Shown: positions 34,010 through 42,906 of the stretch, in pieces
How the letters are laid out: each line of letters begins with the position of its first letter
Numbering within the stretch: position 1 is the first letter of the stretch
Made by a program: the position numbers and the translations under genes
From: an uncultured Planctomycetaceae bacterium
Lineage (GTDB): Bacteria; Planctomycetota; Planctomycetia; Pirellulales; PNKZ01
Assembly: GCA_964433865.1 (NCBI GenBank)
Contig: CAYSUC010000002.1
Span: forward strand, 1 to 51,568
Direction: 5' to 3'
DNA: 51,568 nt
Notes under the pieces: generated by a model
What the model saw: the letters and a program-made list of their open reading frames with translations, nothing else
Database searches by the model: none
What the model was told of the DNA's origin: nothing

Positions 34010-35434
34010 ATGAACCGAATCGATGCGCTACGACGTCGGGCGTTCCTGGGCGAATCGGCGCGGGGGTTCGGTGCGATCGCGTTGGCCGAGTTGCTGAACT
34101 CCGGAGGCGCTCGCGCCGCGACGAGCGACGACCCTGCGATCGCTCGTAAGCCGCACCATGCGCCCCGGGCCAAGCACGTCATCTATCTGCACATGATCGG
34201 CGGGCCGTCGCAACTCGACCTGTTTGAGCCCAAGCCGGAGTTGACGAAGCGCGACGGCGAGAAGTGCCCGGAAGAGCTGACCCGCGGCAAACGCTTCGCC
34301 TTCATCGGCGACAACCTGACGCTCGCCGGCAGCGCGTTCCGGTTTGCGAAGCACGGACGGTCGGGCCTGGAATTCTCCGAACTGTTGCCGAACCTGGCAC
34401 GCAGCGCCGACGACGTCTGCGTGCTGCGGTCGGTGCATACGGAAGAGATCAACCACGCGCCGGCGCAGATGTTTCTGCACACCGGCTTCGGACGCGGCAA
34501 CCGGCCGAGCGTCGGTTCGTGGGTCACCTACGGCCTGGGCTCGGAATCGAACGACCTGCCGGCGTACGTCGTGATGTTGTCGGGTCCGTTGGGCGGAGCG
34601 GGGACGTCGCTCTGGAGCGCCGGATTCCTGCCGAGCGTCTACCAGGGGATCCAGTTCCGTTCGAGCGGCGAGCCCGTGCTGTTTCTTACGAACCCGTCGG
34701 GGGTCGCCCGGGACGATCGTCGGCGAGTGCTGGACGCCGTCGAGGCGCTCGATCAGGAACGATTGACGGCGGTCGGCGATCCGGAGATCGCCACTCGCAT
34801 TCGGCAATACGAGATGGCGTTTCGCATGCAGACGTCGGTGCCGAACCTGATGGACTTCGCGGACGAGTCGGCCGAGACGCTGGCCGCCTACGGCGCGGCG
34901 CCGGGCAAGCCTTCGTTCGCAGCCAACTGTCTGCTGGCGCGGCGATTGATCGAGCGCGGCGTGCGGATCGTCGAATTGTACGACGCCGATTGGGATCATC
35001 ACAATTCGCTGGCCACGCGGCTGCCGGCGAAGTGCAAAGACGTCGACCGGCCGATGGCCGCGCTCGTCGAAGACCTGAAGCAACGCGGGCTGTTGAACGA
35101 GACGCTCGTCGTGTGGGGCGCGGAGTTCGGCCGCACGCCGCTACGGCAAGGGATCGACGCCGCCGGAACCGAGACGAAGCCCGGACGCGACCATCACAAA
35201 GACGCTTACTGCATGTGGCTGGCCGGCGGCGGCGTGAAGGGAGGCGTCGCCTACGGGCGGACCGACGACTTCGGCTTCAACGTCGTCGACGAGGGGGTTC
35301 ACGTTCACGATCTGAACGCGACGATTTTGCACTTGTTGGGTCTGGATCACGAGCGGCTGACGTACAAGTATCAAGGCCGCGAGTTCCGGCTGACCGACGT
35401 CGAAGGTCGCGTGCTGAGCGAAATTCTGACCTGA
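34010..35434 (+). CDS. DUF1501 domain protein (sulfatase-like fold) with a Tat signal
   Basis: MNRIDALRRRAFLGESARGFGAIALA (twin-Arg). HVIYLHMIGGPSQLDLFEPKP, ...DHH..., GRDHHKDAYCMWLAGGGVKGG. Confidence 0.85.
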   Translation: MNRIDALRRRAFLGESARGFGAIALAELLNSGGARAATSDDPAIARKPHHAPRAKHVIYLHMIGGPSQLDLFEPKPELTKRDGEKCPEELTRGKRFAFIGDNLTLAGSAFRFAKHGRSGLEFSELLPNLARSADDVCVLRSVHTEEINHAPAQMFLHTGFGRGNRPSVGSWVTYGLGSESNDLPAYVVMLSGPLGGAGTSLWSAGFLPSVYQGIQFRSSGEPVLFLTNPSGVARDDRRRVLDAVEALDQERLTAVGDPEIATRIRQYEMAFRMQTSVPNLMDFADESAETLAAYGAAPGKPSFAANCLLARRLIERGVRIVELYDADWDHHNSLATRLPAKCKDVDRPMAALVEDLKQRGLLNETLVVWGAEFGRTPLRQGIDAAGTETKPGRDHHKDAYCMWLAGGGVKGGVAYGRTDDFGFNVVDEGVHVHDLNATILHLLGLDHERLTYKYQGREFRLTDVEGRVLSEILT

Positions 35435-35458
35435 CGTTCGCCGTCTCCGCGAAGGGGG

Positions 35459-36076
35459 CTAGTTGTTCTCCGGACCGGGGGGCGAGTCCGGGCCGTCGCC
35501 GCCGCGGGTTTCCTCGAACTTCCGCCACGTGCGGATCAGCACCTCGAGCAGCGCCGGTACCTGAGGCGCGGCCATGAACACGCGCGACGAGACGACCGAC
35601 TTCGGATAGATGTTGGCGATGAAGTCGAAACAGAACTCGGCCGCGGCATGGCCGATCATCACGGCGTTGGCGTAACTGCCGCTGAGCATTTCGTCGCTCA
35701 GCTTGAGCTGGTCGTAGAGCTCCTCGATCGAATCGGGGGGCGGATCGTTGGCGGGTACTCGCGACACCGGCATCAGCGGTAGTTCGGAAAACGCCTGCTC
35801 GTACAATCGCAAGTTCTCTTGCAACGCCGCGATGAACCGCGGCACGACCGACACCGGCAGGACGATCCGCGTCACGACCTGGTGCGGATGCGCCAGCTTG
35901 AGGATGAAGTCGATGATGAACTCGTCGGGCCCCTGCAAGACGATGGCCCCGGTGGCGAACACGCCCCGAGCCACGCGCTCCGGAACCCGGGCGCTGACCG
36001 GCGTGAACTGAAACTCTTGCTGGATGTGGTCCGGTTCGTCGTCCGAATCGTCCGGCGGCGGGGTGTCGTCGGTCAT
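35459..36076 (-). CDS. Tandem DUF3467-like protein
   Basis: Two related modules: GVFATGAIVLQGPDEFIIDFI...VVTRIVLPVSVVPRFIAAL and GSYANAVMIGHAAAEFCFDFIANIYP...SRVFMAAPQVPALLEVL. Acidic/Pro-rich termini. Confidence 0.55.
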   Translation of the reverse strand: MTDDTPPPDDSDDEPDHIQQEFQFTPVSARVPERVARGVFATGAIVLQGPDEFIIDFILKLAHPHQVVTRIVLPVSVVPRFIAALQENLRLYEQAFSELPLMPVSRVPANDPPPDSIEELYDQLKLSDEMLSGSYANAVMIGHAAAEFCFDFIANIYPKSVVSSRVFMAAPQVPALLEVLIRTWRKFEETRGGDGPDSPPGPENN

Positions 36077-36223
36077 GCGCTGCTCGACTTCTGCGAGGCT
36101 GCCGCGAAACGTCGCTCGCGGTCGGTATCCGCATCATGGGTGTCGGGCCGCGCCGCGTCAAGCCGCCGCCGCTTGTCCGACGTCGCACCGCCCCCTATTC
36201 TCTGATCGTTCAGCGTTTCGTCG

Positions 36224-36955
36224 ATGCGAGACACTCCGGCCATGTCGAAAGCGCCGCCGCTGCTCCGGCTTCAAGACGTCGGCAAGACCTACCACATGGG
36301 CGAGGTGGCGGTCGAGGTGCTGAAGCACGTGACGATCGACGTCGACGCGGGGCGCGTCTTGGCCGTGTTGGGCCCCAGCGGTTCGGGCAAGAGCACGCTG
36401 CTGAACCTGATCGGCGGACTCGACCACGCTTCCTGCGGACGCATCTGGTTTCGCGATCGCGAGATGACGAAGTTCTCGCTGCGCGAACTGACGGCCTACC
36501 GGCGCGAAACGGTCGGGTTCGTCTTTCAGTTCTACAATCTCGTGCCGAACCTGACGGCCCGAGAGAACGTGATGGTGTCGACCGAGTTGAGCCGCGACCC
36601 GCTGGACGTCGACGAGGCGCTGCGGTTGGTGGGTTTGACCGAGCGCAGCGGTCATTTCCCGTCGCAGATGTCGGGCGGCGAACAACAGCGGGTGGCCATC
36701 GCCCGCGCGTTGGCGAAGAATCCGGAGTTGTTGCTGTGCGACGAGCCGACCGGCGCGCTCGATTTCGACACCGGCAAGCGCGTGCTGCGGCTGCTGGTCG
36801 ACGCCTGCCGCACGCTGGGAAAGACCGTGGCGGTGATCACGCACAACGCGGCCATCGCGCAAGTGGCCGACCGCGTCATCCGCTTCCGTTCCGGCGAGAT
36901 CGTCGAGGCCCACGAGAACGAATCTCCCGCCGCGCCGGAGGAGATCACGTGGTAG
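36224..36955 (+). CDS. ABC transporter ATP-binding protein (MacB/LolD/YbbA type)
   Basis: Walker A GPSGSGKSTLLN, signature MSGGEQQRVAIARAL, Walker B LLLCDEPTGALD. An alternative ATG at 36242 (MSKAPPLLRLQDVGKTY) is equally likely. Confidence 0.9.
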   Translation: MRDTPAMSKAPPLLRLQDVGKTYHMGEVAVEVLKHVTIDVDAGRVLAVLGPSGSGKSTLLNLIGGLDHASCGRIWFRDREMTKFSLRELTAYRRETVGFVFQFYNLVPNLTARENVMVSTELSRDPLDVDEALRLVGLTERSGHFPSQMSGGEQQRVAIARALAKNPELLLCDEPTGALDFDTGKRVLRLLVDACRTLGKTVAVITHNAAIAQVADRVIRFRSGEIVEAHENESPAAPEEITW

Positions 36956-36957
36956 GA

Positions 36958-39330
36958 GTGCTCGACCGCAAGCTGTGGCGCGACCTGAAAGGCACGGGCC
37001 TGCTACTGGCGGCGGTCGGCAGCATCATGGCGATCGGCGTCTCGGCGTACGTCGCCTTGGGCGTGGCGTATCGCAATCTGACGACGGCGCAGCGGCTGTA
37101 CTATGTGCAGTGCCGCATGGCCGACTTCACGCTTGACCTCAAGAAGGCCCCGCTGGCCGACGTGCAACCGGTCGCCGACCTGCCGGGAGTCGTCGAAATC
37201 CGACCGCGCATTCAGTTCCTGTCGGTCGTCGACCTGGAAGACGTCGACGAACCGATCAACGGCATCGTGCTTTCGCTGCCCGATCGCCGCGAGTCGGTCA
37301 TCAACGACGTCGTGCTTCAGCAGGGGAGCTACTTCACCGACCGCAGAGACAACGAGGTGATCGTCAACGACGCCTTCGCTCGGGCGCGCAACCTGTATCC
37401 CGGCATGTGGGTTCACCTGCTGCTGAACAACCGACGTCAGGAACTGTTCATCGTCGGCACGGCCATCAGCAGCGAGTTTACGTACTTGGTCGGTCCGGGA
37501 ACGATGGTTCCCGACGCCCGGCGGCTGGGCGTGTTCTACCTGAAGCAGACGTTCGCCGAAGAGGTGTTCGATTTTCAAGGGGCCTGCAATCAGGTGGTCG
37601 GCCGGATGTCGCCGCGTGAAGCCGCGCACCCCCGCGAGACGTTGCGACGCGCCGAGGTCCTGCTCGACGCCTACGGTGTGTTGAACACCGTGCCGCTAGC
37701 CGACCAACCTTCGAATCGGTTTCTGAGCAACGAGATCATGGGCCTGCGGGCGTTCGGCGTCATCAACCCGGCCATCTTTCTGGCCGTGGCGGCTTTGGTG
37801 CTCAACGTACTGATGTCGCGACTGGCCGAACAGCAGCGGGTCGTCGTCGGCACGCTCAAGGCGCTGGGCTATTCCGACTTCGCCGTGTTCCGCCACTTCC
37901 TGATGTTCGGGCTGGTCGTCGGTGCGCTGTCGGGTGTCGCGGGGTGCGGGCTGGGCTACTGGCTGGCCGCGGGCATGACCGCCATGTACGACACGTTCTT
38001 TCAGTTTCCGACGCTCGAAAACCGCTTTCACCTCGACATCACGCTGCAAGGATTCGTCATCGGCCTGGTGTGCGGCGTGCTCGGGTCGCTGCACGGCGCG
38101 CGCGAGGTATTGAAGCTCGAACCCGCCACGGCCATGCGACCGAAGCCTCCGCCGTCGGGCGGCGCCGTCTTGCTCGAGCGCTGGACCGGCCTGTGGAACC
38201 GGCTGAGTTTCGCCTCGCGGATGGCTTTGCGGAACATTTTGCGAAACCGACTGCGGACCGCCGCCGGACTGTTCGCCTCGGCCATGGGGGCGACCTTGTC
38301 GGTCGATGCCCTGCTGCTGGCGGTCGAGACGATCCACATGGTCGACTTTCAGTTCGAGTTGGTGCAGCGGTCCGACCTCGATCTGACGTTCAAGGACGAG
38401 CGCGGCCGAGCGGCGCTCGACGAGGCCCGACGTCTGCCGGGCGTCGACCTGGCCGAACCGGTGTTCGACGTCGGTTGCACGTTCGCCAACGGTTCGCACG
38501 TGCGCAAGGGAACGATCACCGGCGTGGCGGTCGACGCCGTACTGACCCGGCCCCGCGACTCGCAAGGTCGCCCGCTGCGGATTCCCGAGTCGGGCCTGTT
38601 GCTGACGAAGAAGATGGCGGAAATTCTGCACGTCGGCCGCGGCGAATCGCTGACCGTTCAAACGACGCGCGGGCTGCGCGATACGTACGTCGTGCACGTC
38701 GCGGAGATCGCCGACAGCTTTCTGGGCATCGGCGTGTATGCGAGCGCCGAGTTCCTGGCCCGCTTGTTGAAAGAGGAATTCGCGCTGAACGGAGTGCAGT
38801 TGCTCGTGCGTCCGGGCGAGGAAGCCCGACGAGCGTTGTACCGCGAGATCAAGCAACTTCCGGCGGTGCAGGGCGTGTCGGCCCGCGCCGACGTCGTCCG
38901 CAACGTCCGCAACACGCTGGTGAAGAATCAGCACGTATTCATCGGACTGCTGGTGTTCTTCGCCGGCATCATCTTCTTCGGCAGCGTGCTGAATTCGTCG
39001 CTTGTCAGCCTGGCCGAGCGGCGGCGCGAGGTGGCCACGCTGCGGGTCCTGGGCTATGGTCCGTGGCAGGTCGGGGCGTTGTTTCTGCGCGAAAGCCTGA
39101 TCGTCAACGTCGCCGGAACGTTGCTCGGCCTGCCGTTGGGGTTCCTGCTGAACTACGCCGTGCTGCTGGCGTACGATACCGAGATGTTTCGTATTCCGCT
39201 CGTGAACCCGACCGGCGTATGGCTGCTGGTCTTGGCGTTGGGCGTCGCTTTCGGACTGGCCGCGCACCTGTTCGTGCAGCGGAGCATCCACAAGATGGAT
39301 TGGCTCGACGCGCTGAAGACGCGAGAATAG
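36958..39330 (+). CDS. ABC transporter permease with two FtsX-type modules (YbbP/MacB-like)
   Basis: Only the part of track ORF 36136..39330 after the ATPase stop is real. GTG 36958 gives (M)LDRKLWRDLKGTGLLLAAVG...; GTG 36949 is an alternative. Pattern is TM1, large periplasmic domain, 3 TM, repeated twice (~790 aa). Confidence 0.8.
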   Translation: MLDRKLWRDLKGTGLLLAAVGSIMAIGVSAYVALGVAYRNLTTAQRLYYVQCRMADFTLDLKKAPLADVQPVADLPGVVEIRPRIQFLSVVDLEDVDEPINGIVLSLPDRRESVINDVVLQQGSYFTDRRDNEVIVNDAFARARNLYPGMWVHLLLNNRRQELFIVGTAISSEFTYLVGPGTMVPDARRLGVFYLKQTFAEEVFDFQGACNQVVGRMSPREAAHPRETLRRAEVLLDAYGVLNTVPLADQPSNRFLSNEIMGLRAFGVINPAIFLAVAALVLNVLMSRLAEQQRVVVGTLKALGYSDFAVFRHFLMFGLVVGALSGVAGCGLGYWLAAGMTAMYDTFFQFPTLENRFHLDITLQGFVIGLVCGVLGSLHGAREVLKLEPATAMRPKPPPSGGAVLLERWTGLWNRLSFASRMALRNILRNRLRTAAGLFASAMGATLSVDALLLAVETIHMVDFQFELVQRSDLDLTFKDERGRAALDEARRLPGVDLAEPVFDVGCTFANGSHVRKGTITGVAVDAVLTRPRDSQGRPLRIPESGLLLTKKMAEILHVGRGESLTVQTTRGLRDTYVVHVAEIADSFLGIGVYASAEFLARLLKEEFALNGVQLLVRPGEEARRALYREIKQLPAVQGVSARADVVRNVRNTLVKNQHVFIGLLVFFAGIIFFGSVLNSSLVSLAERRREVATLRVLGYGPWQVGALFLRESLIVNVAGTLLGLPLGFLLNYAVLLAYDTEMFRIPLVNPTGVWLLVLALGVAFGLAAHLFVQRSIHKMDWLDALKTRE

Positions 39331-39393
39331 ACGCGGTCCCGCTCCGCCGCCCGCGCAAGAACGAACACCGAGAACCGAGAATCGAACCTGCCC

Positions 39394-40755
39394 ATGCGCT
39401 GGATCCTGGCCGTCGTCGCCTTGTCGCTGCTCGCCGCGGCGGTCGTCTACTCGTCGCTCACGGCCGGAGCGGTCGTCGAGTGCGCTCGGTCCGAGAAGCG
39501 CGAGATCCGCGAGTTCGTCGACGAGCAGGCTCAAACACGGCTGCCGATCTCGCATCTCATCACGACGCCGTTCGAGGGGCGAGTGGAAGCCGTCGGCCTG
39601 GCCGAAGGAAGCGCGGTCAAGAAGGGGGACGTCGTCGCCACGCTCGTGCCTCGCGACCTGGAACTATCGCTGGAAGAGGCGCAGGCCGCGAAACGACGCC
39701 TCGACGCCTCGATCCGCGAGAGCGGCGACAAATCGGTCGAGAAGACCACCTGGACCCAGTCGCTCGAGTACGTCAAGAGCATGGTCGCCACGGTGCAGGC
39801 GGCCCAGGCCCGCGTCGAGTCCGGACTGGCCAAGCTCGACTACGCCAATAAGACGCTGGCCCGCACTCGAGCCTTGAGAGAACTGAACAACGCCAGCGAA
39901 GATCAATTGAACTCCGCCGAACTGTCGCAGGTCGAGGCGCAGGTCGACTACCGCCAAGACCAACTGGTGCTCAAGGCGCTGGAAGCGATGCTCGCCGCCA
40001 CGCAACTGGTGCCGACCGTCGTCGAACGTTACATGGATCGTAAAGACCTGACCGTGGCGGTGCTGGAGAACGAACGGGCCCAGGCCGACGTCCGACTGCG
40101 GATCGAACAACGCGACATGGAGCGGGGCGTCATGCGCAGCCCCGTCGACGGCGTCGTGCTCGAACGGCTCGAGCAGAACGAGCGTTTTCTGCCCGGCGGT
40201 ACCGTGCTGCTGAAGATCGGCGCCACGGAGCAACTCGAGGTCGAAGCCGATGTGCTGAGCCAGGATGTGGGCCGAGTTCGCGCGGGGCAGGAGGTCGAGA
40301 TCTACGGCCCCGCCGTCGGGTCGGAATCGGTGCGGGGAACCGTCGATCGAATCTATCCGGCCGGCTTCACGAAGGTCAGTTCGCTGGGCGTCGAGCAGCA
40401 GCGGGTCAAGGTCATCGTACGATTCGCCTCGGCCGATCTCGTACGATTGGTCGCCCAGCGGAAGTTGGGCGTCGGCTATCGCGTCCGCGTGCGCATCTTC
40501 ACGCAAGTCAAACCGCAGGCGCTGGTCGTGCCGCGGGCCTCGTTGTTTCGCGGCCCCGACGGTCGGTGGCGGGTGTTCGCCTTGCGCGACGGTCGGGCGC
40601 GACAGGTCGTCGTCGACGTCGGCCTGATGAACGATCAAGCGGTCGAGATCGCCGGCGGGGTGAACGAAGGCGAACTCGTCGTCCTGGCTCCGGAGTCGAC
40701 GCTCGTCGACGGGACGCGGATTCGCCCGGCCGAAACCGGCGGCAACTCGCAATAG
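39394..40755 (+). CDS. HlyD-family periplasmic adaptor (membrane fusion protein)
   Basis: N-terminal TM, lipoyl-like PFEGRVEAVGLAEGSAVKKGDVVATL, long coiled-coil hairpin, beta-barrel SPVDGVVLER, ...VRIFT...ALVVPRASLF. Confidence 0.85.
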   Translation: MRWILAVVALSLLAAAVVYSSLTAGAVVECARSEKREIREFVDEQAQTRLPISHLITTPFEGRVEAVGLAEGSAVKKGDVVATLVPRDLELSLEEAQAAKRRLDASIRESGDKSVEKTTWTQSLEYVKSMVATVQAAQARVESGLAKLDYANKTLARTRALRELNNASEDQLNSAELSQVEAQVDYRQDQLVLKALEAMLAATQLVPTVVERYMDRKDLTVAVLENERAQADVRLRIEQRDMERGVMRSPVDGVVLERLEQNERFLPGGTVLLKIGATEQLEVEADVLSQDVGRVRAGQEVEIYGPAVGSESVRGTVDRIYPAGFTKVSSLGVEQQRVKVIVRFASADLVRLVAQRKLGVGYRVRVRIFTQVKPQALVVPRASLFRGPDGRWRVFALRDGRARQVVVDVGLMNDQAVEIAGGVNEGELVVLAPESTLVDGTRIRPAETGGNSQ

Positions 40756-40773
40756 TCGCTACGCAGGCACGCC

Positions 40774-41538
40774 ATGCAAATCCGCGATCGATCGTTTCTC
40801 GTGACCGGCGGAGCTTCGGGACTGGGCGCGGCCTGCGCGCGAATGTTCGTCGCAGCCGGCGGAAGCGTGGTCATCGCCGACGTCGACGAGCCGCGCGCCT
40901 CGCAACTCGTCGCCGAGCTCGGCTCGGGCGCGCAGTGTTTGCCGACCGACGTCGCCGATCACGCGGCCGTCGACAGGGCCGTCGCGGCCGCCGAGCGACT
41001 CGGTCGTTTCGCCGGAGCCGTCGCTTGCGCCGGAATCGCTCCGGCGGCCAAACTCGTGGGCCGCGACGGTCCTCACGACGCGGCCCTCTTCGAGCGAGTC
41101 GTTCGCATCAACCTGCTCGGCACGTTTCACCTGCTGCGGGCCGCAGGGGCCGCGCTGCAACAGGTCGAACCGACGACCGACGGGGAACGGGGCGTCATCG
41201 TTTGCACTTCCTCGATCGCCGCCTTCGACGGACAGATCGGTCAGACGGCCTACGCGGCCTCGAAGGGGGGCGTCGCCGCCATGACCCTCCCCGCCGCTCG
41301 CGAATTCGCCCGCTTCGGAGTCCGCGTCGTCGGCATCGCGCCGGGGATCTTCGAGACCCCGCTCGTCGCCGCAATGCCCGAGGAAGTACGAGCCTCGCTG
41401 GCAGCGCAGGTCCCCTTTCCTCCGCGCTTCGGCCGACCCGAGGAATTCGCCTCGCTCGTGCGGCACGTCTTCGAGAATTCGATGCTGAACGGCGAGGTCG
41501 TGCGACTCGACGGAGCGGTACGTCTCGGCCCGCGTTAG
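40774..41538 (+). CDS. SDR-family dehydrogenase (3-hydroxyacyl-CoA dehydrogenase type-2-like)
   Basis: FLVTGGASGLGAA. SSIAAFDGQIGQTAYAASKGGV (S...YxxxK). IAPGIFETPL. Confidence 0.82.
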   Translation: MQIRDRSFLVTGGASGLGAACARMFVAAGGSVVIADVDEPRASQLVAELGSGAQCLPTDVADHAAVDRAVAAAERLGRFAGAVACAGIAPAAKLVGRDGPHDAALFERVVRINLLGTFHLLRAAGAALQQVEPTTDGERGVIVCTSSIAAFDGQIGQTAYAASKGGVAAMTLPAAREFARFGVRVVGIAPGIFETPLVAAMPEEVRASLAAQVPFPPRFGRPEEFASLVRHVFENSMLNGEVVRLDGAVRLGPR

Positions 41539-41541
41539 GTC

Positions 41542-41595
41542 GACAAGGTCGTCCGGTTGCCCGGTCAGCCTTGTCCATTTTCCGATTGTCTTTTA
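41542..41595 (+). terminator. Hairpin plus T-rich tract between the SDR and the KS-like gene (terminator or attenuator)
   Basis: GACAAGG (41542-41548) pairs with CCTTGTC (41569-41575), with an inner CCGG-TTGC-CCGG helix. Followed by CATTTTCCGATTGTCTTTT. Confidence 0.45.
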
Positions 41596-41606
41596 CCCTT
41601 GCGAAG

Positions 41607-42863
41607 ATGAACGAATCGGTCGTAGTCACGGGCGTGGGGATCGTTTCGCCGATCGGCATCGGCGTCGGGGCCGTACGTGCGGCCGTAGCGGCCGGTCGGA
41701 GCGGCGTGCGGAGCTTGCAGGCGTTCGAGCCCGTCGGTCTGCCGATGCGGATCGCCGCCGAAGTGCTCGACTTCGACCCGAAGCAGTACGTCAAGCCGCG
41801 GAAAAGTCTGAAGGTGATGTCGCGCGAGATCCAACTCGCGTTCGCCGCCGCCGACGAGGCCTTCGCGCAGGCCGCGATTCCGCCGAACTCGATCGATCCG
41901 GAACGCTTCGGCGTCACGCTCGGCAGCGACCTGATTCAGCCCGACCCGCACGAAACCTGGCCCGCGTTCACGGCCTGCATGGTCGACGGCCGGTTCGACT
42001 TCGCGCGGTGGGGCGAGGCGGCCATGCGAGCCGTTTCGCCGTTGTGGATGCTCAAATACCTGCCGAACATGCCGGCCTGCCACATCGGCATCGCGCTCGA
42101 TGCTCGCGGGCCGAACAACACGATCACGCTCGGCGAGGTTTCCGGCCCGACGGCCGTCGCCGAGGCCGCGCATGCGATCGAACGGGGGGCGGCCGACGTC
42201 ATGTTGGCCGGCGGGACCGGATCGCGATTGATGCCGACGACCCTGTCGCGTCACGCAGTCGGCCCGGTATCGCGCCGCAACGACGAACCGGAGCGAGCCG
42301 CTCGGCCGTTCGACGCCGATCGCGACGGCGAAGTGCTCGGCGAGGGGGCGGCGGCGCTGCTGCTGGAAAGCGAACGCTCGGCCCTGCGACGCGGCGCGCC
42401 GATCTTGGCGCGCATCGCGGGATTCGGTTCCGCCTTCGGTCGTCGAGCCCACGGGGGCGTCACCTCGACGGCGGTCGAACAAGCGATCCGGCGTGCCCTC
42501 GGCGACGCCTCGCTGCACGCGCACGATCTGGGTGCGGTCGCTCTGCACGGCCGCTCGACCCGCGCCGACGATCCGGTCGAGGCCGCCGGGGTTCGGGCCG
42601 TGTTGGGGGACGTACCCTGCACCGCGATGTCGAGTTACTTCGGCAATCTCGGTTCCGGCGGCGGGGCGGTGGCGGCGGTCATGATGATCGACGCCCTAGC
42701 GACGGGCCGCATCCCGCCGACGCTCAACTACGAGCGGCCCGACCCGGAGTGTCCGGTGCGGATCGTCTCCTCCGCCGGGCGGCCGTTCGACCGGCCCGCG
42801 GTTCTGGTACTCAACCAAACGCCGACCGGGCAAGCGACGGCGTTGGCGCTGGTCGGCGCGTAA
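41607..42863 (+). CDS. Beta-ketoacyl synthase (FabF/KAS-II fold) homologue lacking the Cys-His-His triad
   Basis: ATG 41607 inside ORF 40566..42863: MNESVVVTGVGIVSPIGIG... By hand alignment to E. coli FabF, RGPSISIATACTSG corresponds to RGPNNTITLGEVSG (Cys -> Glu177, codon 42135-42137). HGTST corresponds to HGRST (His kept). KSMTGH corresponds to SSYFGN (Lys -> Ser, His -> Asn347, codon 42645-42647). Confidence 0.75.
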   Translation: MNESVVVTGVGIVSPIGIGVGAVRAAVAAGRSGVRSLQAFEPVGLPMRIAAEVLDFDPKQYVKPRKSLKVMSREIQLAFAAADEAFAQAAIPPNSIDPERFGVTLGSDLIQPDPHETWPAFTACMVDGRFDFARWGEAAMRAVSPLWMLKYLPNMPACHIGIALDARGPNNTITLGEVSGPTAVAEAAHAIERGAADVMLAGGTGSRLMPTTLSRHAVGPVSRRNDEPERAARPFDADRDGEVLGEGAAALLLESERSALRRGAPILARIAGFGSAFGRRAHGGVTSTAVEQAIRRALGDASLHAHDLGAVALHGRSTRADDPVEAAGVRAVLGDVPCTAMSSYFGNLGSGGGAVAAVMMIDALATGRIPPTLNYERPDPECPVRIVSSAGRPFDRPAVLVLNQTPTGQATALALVGA

Positions 42864-42906
42864 GGCACGTCGCACCCTCCGGCACGAGCCCGGCCCGAGC
42901 GGCGGT

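Noticed and set aside
36136-36957. The N-terminal 270 codons of the 1064-aa track ORF 36136..39330.
   Set aside because: This part overlaps the ABC ATPase in another frame and is Arg-rich. The permease sequence proper begins only at the GTG at 36949/36958, right at the ATPase stop.
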